Assembly (NCBI GenBank): GCA_002633005.1
Contig: NMRA01000864.1
Location: 1-64,000 of the forward strand
Length of the DNA stretch: 64,000 nt
Origin: Phoronis australis
Taxonomy: Eukaryota > Animalia > Phoronida
Direction: 5' to 3'
Shown here piece after piece: positions 1 through 13,800 of this stretch. A program made the translations under genes and the position numbers. How positions within the stretch are numbered: position 1 is the first letter of the stretch; every line of letters starts with the position of its first letter. The notes under the pieces are model-generated. The model was not told the origin of the DNA. It was given only the letters and a program-made list of their open reading frames with translations, and made no database searches.

Positions 1-209
1 GGTATGCATGTTGTGTAAAATCACATGTTTGAATACTGGAGAAACCATTGTACACAACAATGGAGGTTAATTGTATTTAAATAAAAAGAACAAAGACAAG
101 CGTATTTATTTTTTGTTGAAGGCAAAATGTCATCATGTATACGTTACGATTAATTTTCAAATAATTGTTTCTTTAAAATGACCCAGGTTTAAGAAAAACA
201 AAGAATCTG

Positions 210-785
210 GCTATCTCGCTTGCAAGCACTGAATGCTTAAGAAAAGTGAAGTCAGATCAAAACGTGGGTTTAAGTTTGATGGGTAACATTCAGATACTCA
301 GAACAAGCAAATGGTAGTCGTAGCCGTCACGTGCAAATTAAAATTGTCCAGCCAACTCTGCAGGCGCAAGTTATTGAAGTCTGTCGAGTTCGAATTTAAC
401 TGTGACTGAAAAACATCGAGGGCCAGCTAGACCACTTAATACGCGAATTTTATTTCAAATCAAACGGCAGTCCTTGATGGTGACACTGATACCAGCTTTA
501 TGATTTAAATAGGGAAACGACGACATAACAAAGGGCTGTCTGTATGAAGCATATTGAGTCTAGTGAGAGAAGTTCTTGCCAAATTACCCATTTATTATTT
601 TTCAGCTCTAGTGTCTTTCAGAATCACAAAAATTCCTCAGGAATCTGTTTTACAGGAATGATTTCAAGTTTCAATGTTCCTAAGACCACGTGTATGCATA
701 AAAAACGTCTTACGTGATTTTGGCAGCTGTCACAATTGTGTTCGCTCTCGTGACCGCAAGTTGACGCCCTGAGTCATTTTTGTGC
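210..785 (+). repeat. Upstream segment of gene A, paralogous to 18720-19678
   Basis: Colinear shared blocks such as caaaacgtgggtt, cgtcacgtgcaa, ttcaaatcaa-cggcag, aggaatctgttttaca and gccctgagtcattttttgt. Confidence 0.8.
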
Positions 786-1603
786 AGGCACGCCCCTAAA
801 TGTAGCCGTCAGTTTGCTCAACAGTAAATCTGACACGTGAGTGAAACCTTGTATAAGTAAAGTTTTACTGAGACCTAACATCATAACGAACATTAATCAA
901 TAAAACTAGTAGAAATACAACGATCAGCGTCAGTACTAAAATATATTAAAATATTCAACACCCTTCGAGCAATGCGCTCTCGGTCAAGGGTACATGTAAG
1001 ACACACACACTACCGGAAATGTGTAGATGGAAGTAAATAAAATCGCACAGAAGACCAGCATTAACAATACCGGTCATAGTTTTACTATTTCAGTAATTTA
1101 TGTTTTTATCCGTCGATAACTGCACGGCATTCCAGCATCTATTTGATTTAATTATTAGTAGTATTCAGCAAGCGGTGACCATGACCCAGGGAACCACGAT
1201 CAAATGCCATTTTTTTACTGAGGTTACGACGGTTTTGTATCAAACAGATGTACACAATAATTTCAAGCAAATTGCCACCTAATATGAAACTCGGACTGAT
1301 ATGTATGGTGAACATTTATATCTGGAATCCTTTTGATTTTGTCTCAGAAATGTGAATTTTTAAGTTTTGTATTTTGGAATTTGTGTGATCTTTCTCAAAC
1401 ACATCTTGGCTAAAATCATAGCCACTTTTGCTAAACAACTTCTTTACACAACCACATTTTAACCGATCTTAAAGAGCAGTAGGTGTTTGTTTACTATTTT
1501 CAAGTAAACATGGTTTAGCAAACATTTATGTGACAAGTCTAACCTCAGCAATCTTTGGAACACCAAACAGTGCTCCAGGATATTTTTCTTATTTCTATGC
1601 AGA

Positions 1604-1742
1604 GTTAAATGTTAAACTATGTTAAATGTTAAACTATGTTAAATGTTAAACTATGTTAAATGTTAAACTATGTTAAATGTTAAACTATGTTAAATGTTAA
1701 ACTATGTTAAATGTTAAACTATGTTAAATGTTAAACTATGTT
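1604..1742. repeat. Minisatellite, 17-bp unit GTTAAATGTTAAACTAT x8
   Basis: Perfect tandem copies at 1604, 1621, 1638 and onward. Confidence 0.97.
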
Positions 1743-2274
1743 CGGAACACATGTTCTCCACAAACTAAACATAACAAATAAACCAAAATAATGCAAATCG
1801 TTAAATAATCACCAATGCATCAGCCAAAAGCATGCTTCTAGAAATGTCCATTATAACACAAAATTGCTACCAAGTGACGCAAGATTTCAAAAACCTTCCT
1901 AAAACAGATTGCGTCGAAATCTTCCTACTAGTAGCTGAAGAGTCAAGCATAAAACATGAAATTGGTACACCTGTTTTTGAAATCACGTTCATACGAATGC
2001 AGTTTCTAAATTTTATAAGGACCTTGCAGTGAGTGTAGCGCAGGCTTGGATAAAAAATACCCGCAGTACTCGGGCCATGTCAAAACACGCACTCAAGGCA
2101 TTGTATGAGAAGGCCGGATGACGTATTGATGCATGAAATTGATGACGTGTCGGAAGAAAGTATTGTGTTTAGTGGTGGTTAGGTGTTAAACAACAGGTCT
2201 TGCAGGAAATAAAAGCCTCAAAATAGCTAGACTTTGTGTGGAATTGCATAATTGATGAATCGAGTGCTCTTTCG

Positions 2275-2650
2275 GAAAAAATAATGCCAAATATGCAAAA
2301 ATACACGTGGTCAGCAACAAAATGACACGTGCAAAAATATACCACAAAGTGTCGCGGGTAGATCAGGTGTCACTGCTATTTCGGATGTTAACAAGGCCAG
2401 AACTGTAACTGGGGAAAGGAAATGGTTCCTTTGAAAGATAAGTTGTGTATTATAGGTGTTTGTGGTACACTTTTGACCTAGAAATATCAATTCCATTCTT
2501 AGTGCACGCTGAAGATGCTACCAACCACTGGCACTGTGGACTTGAAAAAATATTAGGAGTGAAAGACTCATGTAAAAGAAAGTGAAAAAAATTATGTACG
2601 AGCTAGAAATTGGGTCGCTCTATGATGCTGCAAGGGAGTTGAGACGCTTT
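2275..2650 (+). repeat. Diverged local direct repeat, copy 1 (copy 2 at about 3700-4147)
   Basis: Shared blocks ttcggatgtt, atggttcctttga, ttagtgcacg, ccaacca and agctagaaattgggtc...tgctgcaa. Confidence 0.75.
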
Positions 2651-3699
2651 TTAGGAGTGAAGATACATGTTATTTCGATCAGAAAATTTCCTCTATGTCT
2701 GCGTCTGAAAAAGAGTTAGATTTCTTACCAAAAACTCGTGTTGTCTTTCGTTCGGTTATGATTCTTGCAAACGCCTCACGTGGTAGTGGTATCTGGCATA
2801 TTATTACTGGACACCTTCTTTTCCAGTAAAGGTTGATTTTACATGCGAAACGTGTTCCGTCCATATCCTCGCTTAAAACAAATAATTTTGCTCCATTTGT
2901 GACTTAATTGTTTGTGTTTAATATTTTTACTCTGTTCCTAAATCTCGCACAACCTAGAACTGTGCAATGTAAATTCCTAAATATCTTTAACTGGGACAAA
3001 CTGGCTACGTGACGTCAACTCCAGCACCCTTGAACATACCTTTAAGATCTGGACAACTTTTCACATACGGTCTTTTTGACTCTCTGTTAGGTATGCTAGG
3101 TATTCCCTGTAGGGGCAGTGCTATTTGTGATGGGAGAGTACTAGTTGGTCGGCGAGCGTTTTGAGACAATTCAGTTCACGTCTGCTCACTAAGCAAGAAG
3201 GGCACGCAACAGTTCACTCCGCAGACAACGCTTGAACAATAGGTTGAGATAATAATTGAAATTCCTCAAGGCAAAATTGGAAGCATATAGACAATGGTGA
3301 AGCTAAGCATTACAATGTAGAAACACGGTGTCATAATTACATGCACAGCTTCCAACGCCAAGAGTAAAGTACCTCTCCGCTAACTTGTCTATTACACCTC
3401 TCGTAGCCGTCGGACCGACAGAACTGAAATTTGCAATCTTGGACTGAACTACTTCCCATTCACCTACCTGAACGACAGGGACGAGACAGCCTAAATAGTT
3501 TGATAACCATAACATGAGTTGTTTTATTGACCATGTGTATTTTGCAACTTTTTATCTTACAGTAACATATATGTTCAGGGTCGACTGTTGACAAACATAA
3601 TCCACTTATTTTACAAATCATGTCTATTTTACTTTATATTACCTAAGGAGATTTTTATGAAACCAAAAGACTCAAAATAACCCAAGTTTTCCCAGCACT

Positions 3700-4147
3700 G
3701 GAAAAAAATACCAAATGTGGAAAACATGTTGGTTAGCAACAAGATACCACGTGATAATGACGTGTGCTTACTTGGCTCTGAATATGTGCCATACGTGAAA
3801 CATTTCCATAAAATGTAACCTGAAGAGCAGGCGTTACTTCAAATTCGGATGTTGGCAAGGACAGGACTTGGCTCCTATGACTGCAGGAAGAGATGGTTCC
3901 TTTGAGAGATAAATTCATTGAGTATTATAGTGGCTTGTGGCAGCCTTGTGGCCTTGAAATATCTGTTTCAATAGCTCACCCATTTTAGTGCACGGCAGAA
4001 TATGCCACCAACCATTGGCACTGGTGACAACGTTAACTCCATGAACTCGAAATTACGGGTGAAAAACAATCGTAAAAGCTAGCAGAAAAGTTGAATACCA
4101 GCTAGAAATTGGGTCACTCTCACCTGCTGCAATGGAGTTCCGACGCC
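3700..4147 (+). repeat. Diverged local direct repeat, copy 2
   Basis: Colinear with 2275-2650. Confidence 0.75.
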
Positions 4148-4694
4148 CCTTTTCGAATATCACTTTTTACTAGCCCAAATCCGAAAAGACGAGTGAAAAT
4201 ACATCTTCTGTATGCGGTGCAATGTAGGCGAGGTACATGTAGAATTGCAGATAATACACGCCCCTAGTCTTCACCAATTTCACTCACATCCAGGTTGAAA
4301 TAAAAAGAGATGGTCACACTTGTCACCAAGTATAGTGCATAATGAATCAGGTCACATGACCATGATCTTCATGATACACATTAGCAAGATGATCTTGTAT
4401 CAAGCAGACGACAGAGTCATATGGACAGACTTGTCACATAAGTTCAACAAAAGCCTTAGAGAGTCGCGTTACATGTTAGCTCTGAGGATTTCCTGTTGTG
4501 GGCGATTACATGTACATGTATGTCATGTACTTTACGCAGGGGATCAGCATTCATGCGTTACTACGCGAAGTTTTATTTTGCTTATGGACATAATTGTACT
4601 GAGGCCATTTTAACATTCACGTTTTTGATATTTAACTGTAAATTGTATGGTCTCCACTTTAATGTTGCTCTTTACAGTAAATTGTGTATTTCAG

Positions 4695-4802
4695 AGCCCG
4701 ATGTCAGTGGTGACATTGAAAGACAGATCTCAGATATCTATGATGATGCCGATGAATTTGAGTATAGCTATAGAAGAGGTCAAAAACAGGGTACGATGGC
4801 AG
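4695..4802 (+). CDS. Gene A exon: acidic N-terminal segment (PDVSGDIERQISDIYDDADEFEYSYRRGQKQGTMA)
   Basis: tgtatttcag acceptor and GCAG|gtatgc donor, phase 1-1, open frame. Confidence 0.65.
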
Positions 4803-7800
4803 GTATGCAATTTTTTGCATCATACCATACCTCTTCAATATATTGTTTTGTTGCTCTTTCTTCAAAATGCGTCACATTCAATAAAAATACCGTGTAATCT
4901 AAAAATCAAAGTTTGGTTGAGAAAAATCTGGAATTAAAAAGGAGTGTGAATATCTCTCGGTTTACTTTGCTTACTAGAAGTGTCTGCAGCCAGAGGAAAA
5001 AAATCGTGCCAAACCCAAGCTTATTTTGTTGACATTCTTCCTCCCCTGTTTATAGTAAACTGTTGTTCGTTTGTTTCCATTAGGACTAAAGATTGACGCA
5101 GGAAGTTCAGTTCAGTTCCCATCAGGAAAAGTGACGGAAAAAGAAGGTAAAGTACAAATGACTATTTCTACTCGCTTCATAACATGCATTTAACTATTAT
5201 GGTATTACAGCTATACATGTACCGGTTGTAAACTGTTTTTACAACAATCCAAATCAATTCATCATGGTTTGGTACTGATCAGGTTTGTCTGCATTTTTGT
5301 ATACTTTGGAAAATCAATAATACCCTCATTGCATTGTTGTTTTGATGGTAATGGTTAGTATCTAGAGATGACTGAGGCCATCCTGCGAAATAAAACATCA
5401 ATTTTTAAAGATTGTTAATGTTGGTTTTTTGAATCAAATGACAGCTAGTCGCAAGAACTTCATAGGAAAGCCGTTGAAATCGGCGCCCTTCCACAAATCT
5501 TTGCCACTCCCGACATTGGGCGTAGACCCAGGGAGTAAAACTTCGTGGCTATATCATATTCAAATTATATCCAGCTCAACCAGACATTTTCTGTGGGGGC
5601 GTTCAAATCACAGACGATTACTACAGAGCAACCAATACGTGGTCATGTTCAACAAATGAACTAACGTCATGAGTCCTGTTGCACAACATCCGACACAGAT
5701 TCGTGAACCAGTTTTTTCTGAATAATGCAGTGAACAACCTGATGACATTAATTAATTTCAGCTTCCAAGTCAAGCACTTCAAACACTGAGTACAAGTTCG
5801 ACCGTCATCGAAGGCACGACCTGTCGGAAAAGGCAAATGGTGGGTATTTTTATCGTGGGTCGATGACGGGCATTTACAGGCTTTCACAAGTTATTGACAT
5901 GTACATGTAAGGGAACAGTGATACGTCATCATTGCGGTATCATCGCCATGTTTGTTTAATGGAGATATTTGTTATATTATTGTTATTTGTTTACGCGCCA
6001 TTGAGTACGATTTATTGAAGGCGGGGTTTCCTTCCCGTCCTGATTGTTATTGACAACGCAAACTCAAAAATACCAAGACAACGTGTATCGAAGTCTCCGC
6101 ATTGAGGCGATTGCTGATAAGATTCAATAAATAAGAAACCGGTGAATTTAAATGGCTGTCGTTCCAATTCTATCTAAGTACTAACGGATATCATTTCTAT
6201 CCCTATAGCAACTATTGATGGAGCAACAGGTGGTGTTATCTTGTGGAAAGAGGTTCAACTTAGAGTGCCGCCAAATGCAATATCCGGGCACATAAAAATT
6301 GAATTTGTAGATCAGCCGTTGTTAGCGCGAACAGTGCATGACAAAACGAAAGGCAGAGCCAACCTCCATCGTCAGGGAATATGCGTGACTTGCACGGATA
6401 AAAATGCAATACTCTCAGACCCCGCCGAAATTCGAGTGACTCTTAGAACAATGTTGGAAAAAGCGAGTGATCAACAACTAAACAGCGAAGACTTCCGCAT
6501 ATTGCGTGAAAAAGATGGTGACTTAACTGACGTTACTGAAGAATGTAATGTCAAGCTACACGGGGAGGAAGTAATCTTCTACCTTAAAACATTTTCAGGG
6601 TTAAATTTTGCGCGTGTGGCAGATTTCGCTTCAAGTATCGTTACAAGCGTTACAAGCGTGTTTACGACCATAAAATCTCTTTTCAAAACGTCATACATGT
6701 GCAAGATATGCCCTTACATAATAGGTGGACAAGATGAAGGGTTGATAGTTAAACTATATTGTCATGGTGAGCAAGTGGAATGTTCTGGTGGTTTTGAACA
6801 CGAGTGTATATATGATAGTGAAAAACACCGCTTTCCAAATGAAGTCACGCTCTGGTTTGAAATTGAGTGCAGGTGCATTGAAAATGGAAATGAGACAACA
6901 GTTCCGTCTACAAAGGACTTCAAACTTTACAGGAGTGTTTGCGAAAGTACAGGAAAACCATTTTCAAAGGTCATGCCTGGTGTTAAAGCCCTTGTACCTG
7001 GATGGGTTCAACTTTATTTGTATGCATTAAACTACCCAGACAAGCTGCTAGACATATCTGTGGCGGTCCATGTAAGTGCCTGTTCAACGTGTTTGTTGTT
7101 TGGGCGTTGTTTTCCCCGTGCGTACATGTGTGTACGACTACACGTTGTCTGAGGTGTACTTCAGTGTTGACCATAAGCCTGCGATGTGGGTTATACGGGT
7201 ATTGCGAGTGTCTTATTAGATAAAACAATAATACATTACAGTATTAGAGCAAAGGGAATAGCAATTGTTGCGCATTTAAACGTAATATTGGCCAATAACC
7301 TATTATGCAAACAGGGTCTTGAAAATACAAGCTATAGATCGAAATTTACAAGAAATCGCTGAAGGTAATGTTTACATAGACCATGCTTTTCATACATTGA
7401 TTTTAATATAATGGAATCAAGATAGTTATTTCTATAAACAACTCCGTCACTTTGAATCTGGTTAGTGAATTGTGACTCGTTGTATTTGTTCGACATAAGG
7501 TATATGCATTCGTACTTTTGAACTTGAAAAAAATCCAAAGAAAATTTTATTTTGGTCATCTTCGGACATAAAGTGACATCAAAGATTAAATTATCCATGA
7601 TACATCATGAATTATCCTGTAGCAGGTGCATTTGATCTACGTGGGTTCTGCACGCCACCTGTGAGCAACTCCGAACGAGTCGTTATTTCGTATTGCGGTA
7701 TTAATGGGGCAGCATTTCGGGATGTAACTAACCTCGCTGCTGCCTGAACTTTTTGGCCTGCTTGGCTCTGACCATTGGAGCAATGGATTAGATTTGAGAT

Positions 7801-10800
7801 TTGTTATTGCAGTATCTTTACGACTTCTACCATCATCTCGAATGTCATCTAAGGCCTAGTCTAGAACGGATATAGTTCTGTACTAGTCACATGTTCGAAG
7901 TTTTCCAGTCATCTGCTGGAAATGGAACATATCGTGACTTTTATTGCCCCCTATTCCATAATAGCTTCCTTGATGTACACAGAAACACGTCCCAGGGCCA
8001 GGAGCCAGTTGCATATAGCGTCAAAGACATCAAAGTACTTAATGCAGTTTAAAACGTTTTTCATTCGGAGCAACCCGCAAGCAATTGACCCATGCTGCAG
8101 AAAATGAGATCAGCCGACGATATGTTTGATCCTGTTCTTTGCCATCGTGCACCTTGGCCTCCCTACTGAAATCAACCATGTGCGAGATTTGTGAAATCTG
8201 ACGTTTTTGCCGAGATTCAAGCTTTTCACAGGCAGTTGCTATCTCATTTCATTGTGGTTTAATCTCACGCGAGGTTAAACTAAAAAATAAAATCCCACTT
8301 AAAAATCCTGACTAACTCAGATTTTTTCAACACTTTGATCAGCCATGACGTGATGCCTGTCGGATTGTTTAATCTATACTGACATAACACTAGGGATCGC
8401 TCCATTTTGGAACATCACTCCAATCTATTGCATGGCTGCGCGGAAGCTTTAAAATTTTAATGTTTGAGTTGTCCTGTCCTTTGAAAATTAAAAAGACCAT
8501 TTTAAAATATTTAAAATGAATGAATTCAAAGCAAACCAAGTATGGACCTAACAGTTGTTTATTTAACCGATAAATACAATATTGAACGAAAGCAACACCA
8601 TACTTAATCAACGAGCAGAGTTTAGAAAGTGTCAGTGATCAGAAAAGCATTAATTCATTCTTACATGTAGTAATTTTGACATCTACATCTTTAACAGCTC
8701 TTGTGTTGTTGAGGTTAATTGATTTACCTGGAAGTGATGTTGTTGTATTACTTTTGTGCAATGAAATTTGCTTCGTTTTAGGAAGTTTCGGCCGTCGGAA
8801 AGGCACCTGCTACACGCACAAAATCGAATACAACTGGTAAGAAGGACTTCATTTACATAATATGAATGTGACGTATACCTGGAAAGTGTTTAGCAGCCCA
8901 GTTTCTCTAAAAAAATCAGGATAACTGAAGACCTATTAAAGTCGCTTTAGTGAAAGTCAGGTGTTTCAGAAGTATACTCGGGAGATTACCAGCCGGACCT
9001 ACTGTAGAAACATGGTGATCACTGAACTAACAAATACAAAATTCAATACAATATGTTGGGATTCTTCGCCGGCAGCGCAAACAAATGTTGTTCCTACGGA
9101 ACTCAATCCGGTGTATCTTGCGCTACCAACGCAATGCAAAACAGGTGCAGTTAAGGAATGGAAACCAAGAATTCTGTACCATTATATACGTACAGTATTT
9201 CAATCTCACCTGCCATTCTGTTTGAATGTAGCCCTTCACTACTTGCACAGATTAGCCATTCCGCCCGAAAACGAGGTGATGTGGGTAAACTACACCGTAG
9301 TAATGGTTTGGCATGTTTAGGAACCGTCGCTTCCACGTTTGCGCTGATAAAAGAAGCTTCGTGTAGTAAGCAACAATCATTTTTGCAGCTTCACCTAAGT
9401 GTGAAAATTTTGTGAATTTTACCTGGACATGCGGATACAATCTCAAGCATACTCAAAAACACTTGCACTTTTGTCACTCGTGCTTTTTCAAGGTCTTGCT
9501 GTACATGTAGCTTGCTTGTCTCATTTGAGACTTTGTTTCTGGAACGCCCTCCTGGTCGACCTGCCAGCGCTACAAAGACGAAGACATCGTGAAACTGTAA
9601 GATGGTGAAGCAGTTCTATACACTACATGCGAAACACGTCGAACCACAATTGCTTTGGTCCGCACTGCTTATTACCGCCAAATCCCATGTCAATTCTTGA
9701 CAGCAAGCTCTAACAATCCAACCAATTTGGGATTGCCAGCTCACACGGCTATGTAATAGACAGTAAACCGCCTGCTAATGGGCTGAAATATGAAATAGAG
9801 GTTATCAACGTATTTTTAATTATCTATGCTAACAGCAATCTACGTCCATGTTTAAGTCAATATCAAGATAAATTTTACCAATAAGGACAGGGTTCTAAGT
9901 ACACAGTACTCGAATTATTGTGCAGCGATGACTTTTCAGTGACCAAGTATAAGTGTGACGTAGTCGTAATTGTACAACGTTAGGCGCCACGGTAATGTAT
10001 GCACATTTCCGGCAAAAAACGTTTTATATTTTAATTATACTCTATAACCTCGTTTTGAGCACAATGAATGGTAACAAAAACGTGTGTTTCGACAAAACGT
10101 CACTTCAATAAATTAGAGAGGGTCGATTAGCTACATGTAAAATATGCTGTTCTTTGTGAAGAGTCAGGGCACATCTTTCCGTCTGCGCTGCTAGTATAAA
10201 CAAACGGATCAACATTTGAACAACAACCAGGAACCAAAACGTCGATCAGAAACACCAAAACAAAATAACCAGGGTTATTGACTCAGGTGGTAGACTAGGG
10301 TTTCAAAAACACGATGTCCTCTTCGTATGTATAGGGTGGACACATTAAAAGATGTTGCATACACGCATTGGACAATTTACTCTTCTGTATGTTCAACTGT
10401 TTCATTCGGAATGAACACTTGAGAAAGACTTTAAATAAAACTCTAAAAATTCAGGGCTACCAAATAAGGCATATCTAGCGGTTTACTGTAACTGTCACTG
10501 ATCCAACAGGTATTTCCTAAACTAACAGCCAAAGGAAAAGACATACACTTAAGGCAGTTGACGTGTTTTGATTAAAAGCTTCAAACAACTGTCTCAGGCG
10601 AATCCGGGTAATTAAATTCAACTCAATGGATTGCATCCATGGTTCACTGCCGTCACGTAAATGGCGACGTGTAGCGACCACTTTTAGAGTTAAATAACGT
10701 GACATCAAGGGCTTATAACTAAATCAGAGCATGGGACACAGTTGGATCGTGTGCAAGCTACTCAAATAGCTGTCAATACTGTTAACATAGTTTATTAACT

Positions 10801-13800
10801 TGCCAATTCTTAGAAATATCAAGCGAGGTGGAATACATTAACATAGCTTAAAAACTTGTCGATTTATTCGCAGGAATAGGGACATGTGCAGAAGAACTTC
10901 ATCGCCAGCTGCTACTGCTGGTTGCTGACAGTGTGGTTAAAGAGGATTTTGGAAGACTGAAGGGATTGTGTAAAGCTTGGATTAAGTAAGAATTGCACAT
11001 TGCGTGTTCACGACTTGCGTAGGTGCTGCGCAGTTACTGCAAGTAATCGGGACTGTATCGTGCTACATTTAAAGTTTCTCATGAGTACTACTTCGGCTGG
11101 TCCAGAATCTCTTATTTCAAGTTGAAACAAAATGGTTATGATGTGGTTGATTCAGTCATAACACAGCAAAGGTATCCACTCCGCTAGCAGAATATACACA
11201 GATTTCGAGAGGCGGTTGATTCAGTCATAAAACACCAAATGTATCCACTCCAATCACATAATATATATACAGATTCGGAGAGGTGTCAACTTGACTTATT
11301 TTAGGACTCCATTTTTATTAGAAGCGTTAAATTTGTTCAGAGTGCGGTCAGCCATTTCAGAGATAGGATGTTCGCACGTTTACCAAAATGTTTCTAGTCT
11401 CCTAAATGAACTTATAGCAAAGGACTGGGCTCTGTAAAACAAATACCTTTAACTTTTAACACTTGTCTTTCTTACATCAGCCGGCATATTCCATGTCATT
11501 AGAAATCTGTCATTTCTAGAGATAATTGTGAAAACTGGCATATGTATTTCGGAAAGCTCCGAATACTGTGGCACCTCCTCATGGCGGTTGTTCTTTTAAG
11601 CTGCGCTTGTATGTGATCGTAAAAGTCTTGCAGAATCTTTATTTAATTTATTTGCTGTATTTCTGTGAGCGTAACAACGTATGTCGGTGCTTTTCAGAGG
11701 GATCTGATTACCGTTGTGATCCCTATTTTAAATTTGTATATATTTTTTACTTTTCCGTCTCTATATTTCATTGGCGGAATGGCGCGAAACTAAGTTCTAT
11801 TAACGAGACAGAAATATATTTTGTAGATGGATTCACCATATTATACATGTATGCCACCTAGTGGCCATGTTTACCATTATTATGTACTGTATACATGTAT
11901 GCACTGTGGGCATAGAGCCTCGAGTTCAAATATATGATGAAGACTCAAGCTTAAAATTTCAATGATAGGATCATTAAGAACAAACTGAGATTAAGAAGTT
12001 ATCTACTCCAGATATTATGAAGCATAGAGTAATAGCGTACTAGGCACCCCTCTTGCGTTTCACATATCCACCTTAAACATTACATGAATGTATTTCAGCA
12101 CAGAATATTAGAAACAATTTTTGTGATTTTCAAATTAATGCCGAACAGACAATTTCAAAACTAAATTTGTGTTAGATATCAGCAATAAATACTACACCTA
12201 GGACCCTACTCACATCGTACGGTGGTTAACATCACTTACAGCAAATAAAAGGTGTCAGTTCTTCTCAATAGGTACATGTACAGACAGTATAGATAAATCT
12301 CACAGAACCTTAATGGTGGTACTTAGCGTTTGAGTGGTCATAACACTGAAGAAAGTAGAGGGAGTTAACTGACCTGTGGTATGATTAAGACACTGAGAAT
12401 CTTTGAATTATTATTCTCATACTTAAACCGCACTGCTTTGTGTCCTGTAGGTTTTTTATTCAGATGTATTTGCAATCCAGGCGTGATTTTCGGTTGATGT
12501 GGTGAATGTTTTTGTCGTTTGCAGACCAGCATTAGCGGAGAAAATAACAAAGACTGAGGAACTTCTCGAAGAACTTGAGAAACAAGAGATTATTAAAATA
12601 GGAGAGTACAGCAAGTTAATGGAAATGCTGGGCAAGCTAAAGCTGAACGTTGTTAAGAGTTGTGTGGATAAACTGTCAAGGAGAATAAAAGCACTAGGTA
12701 TATGAGAGAATGTTGACAAACTTTTTGTAAACTCTTAACTTTTGCCTCTCGGCTACATGTACTGGATTTTTAGAGAGTAGCTTTGATTATATATGGTGTT
12801 TTATTTTTCTTGAAATGAACTTATGTCGGGTGTTAATTTCTCATTGAATTACACACATCTCTATTTTTTGTAGCAAACATGCCTTAAACATAGCGTCCAG
12901 AGACTATTACAGCATTTTTACACCCCGTGTACAACTATTTTTAATAACAGTTTGTAATTTTCAATTCATTCCACAGAAAGTGTTTAATTGTGACGTAAAA
13001 TACGCACCCCATAAATCCAAGCCCCTTTGGGCGCCTTTGAGAAATTGTCATTCAATCACCGTAAAAACCTGCATATGACATCATCGTGCTAAGAGATTTC
13101 TCGTAAGCATGTCTGCGTAACCGCTCATTATCATTTCTTTGACCTAGACTGTTTATCGGTGTCCTGGCGAAAATGCCAAGTTCCAATTATGTGGCCTTGT
13201 TGTATATTTGTGCAATTTCCTCGTCGATCACGTCATGTACTGTGCGTGGAATAGATTCTTATCCTCGGCAAGGATTGGCGAAAAAACGTCAATATGACCA
13301 ACATCTGTTCTTGACTTGGTGCAGAAATGTCTACAAAATCTACAGCTTTGCGCCGTTGTGGGTTAAAGTGACCAAAAGTTGTGTCATTAAACGCTACTTC
13401 TGAATAGACTAAATTTTTGAAAGCTGTTGGAAATATTGACGTTCTACCCTTCATTTACTGTTGAAGTATATTGCGCTCTTTCGGGCCGGCTTTCGGCGAA
13501 TGCGTCACCTGACGTTGACCAGTTTCTGTTTCACCGATCATTCTTTTATCAACTGTTTTTCGCTAACACGAGGTTGCCTACATATCATTAAAACACAATC
13601 AGGAGCTGGTTTGATTTCGTTACAAGTTTTTAGTTTTTCGGGACCACAAGCTTTGCGGCTGCGAAGCTGTCATCATCTCCTAAGACATGTCGCAAAATTT
13701 AAGGAAATGGCAAGGGCGCGTGTTACGAGCGTAATGTTTTCAAAATGACTGCAGACTTTCCCTGCTCACAAATTTCGTAGAATTATGCTGGAAAATGACG

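Noticed and set aside
7072-7152. C-terminal extension of ORF 6241-7152
   Set aside because: Read-through past the CAT|gtaagt donor, which is conserved in the paralog at 30006.
11144-11285. Two-copy direct repeat of about 69 bp in a gene A intron
   Set aside because: An ordinary local duplication with no further structure.
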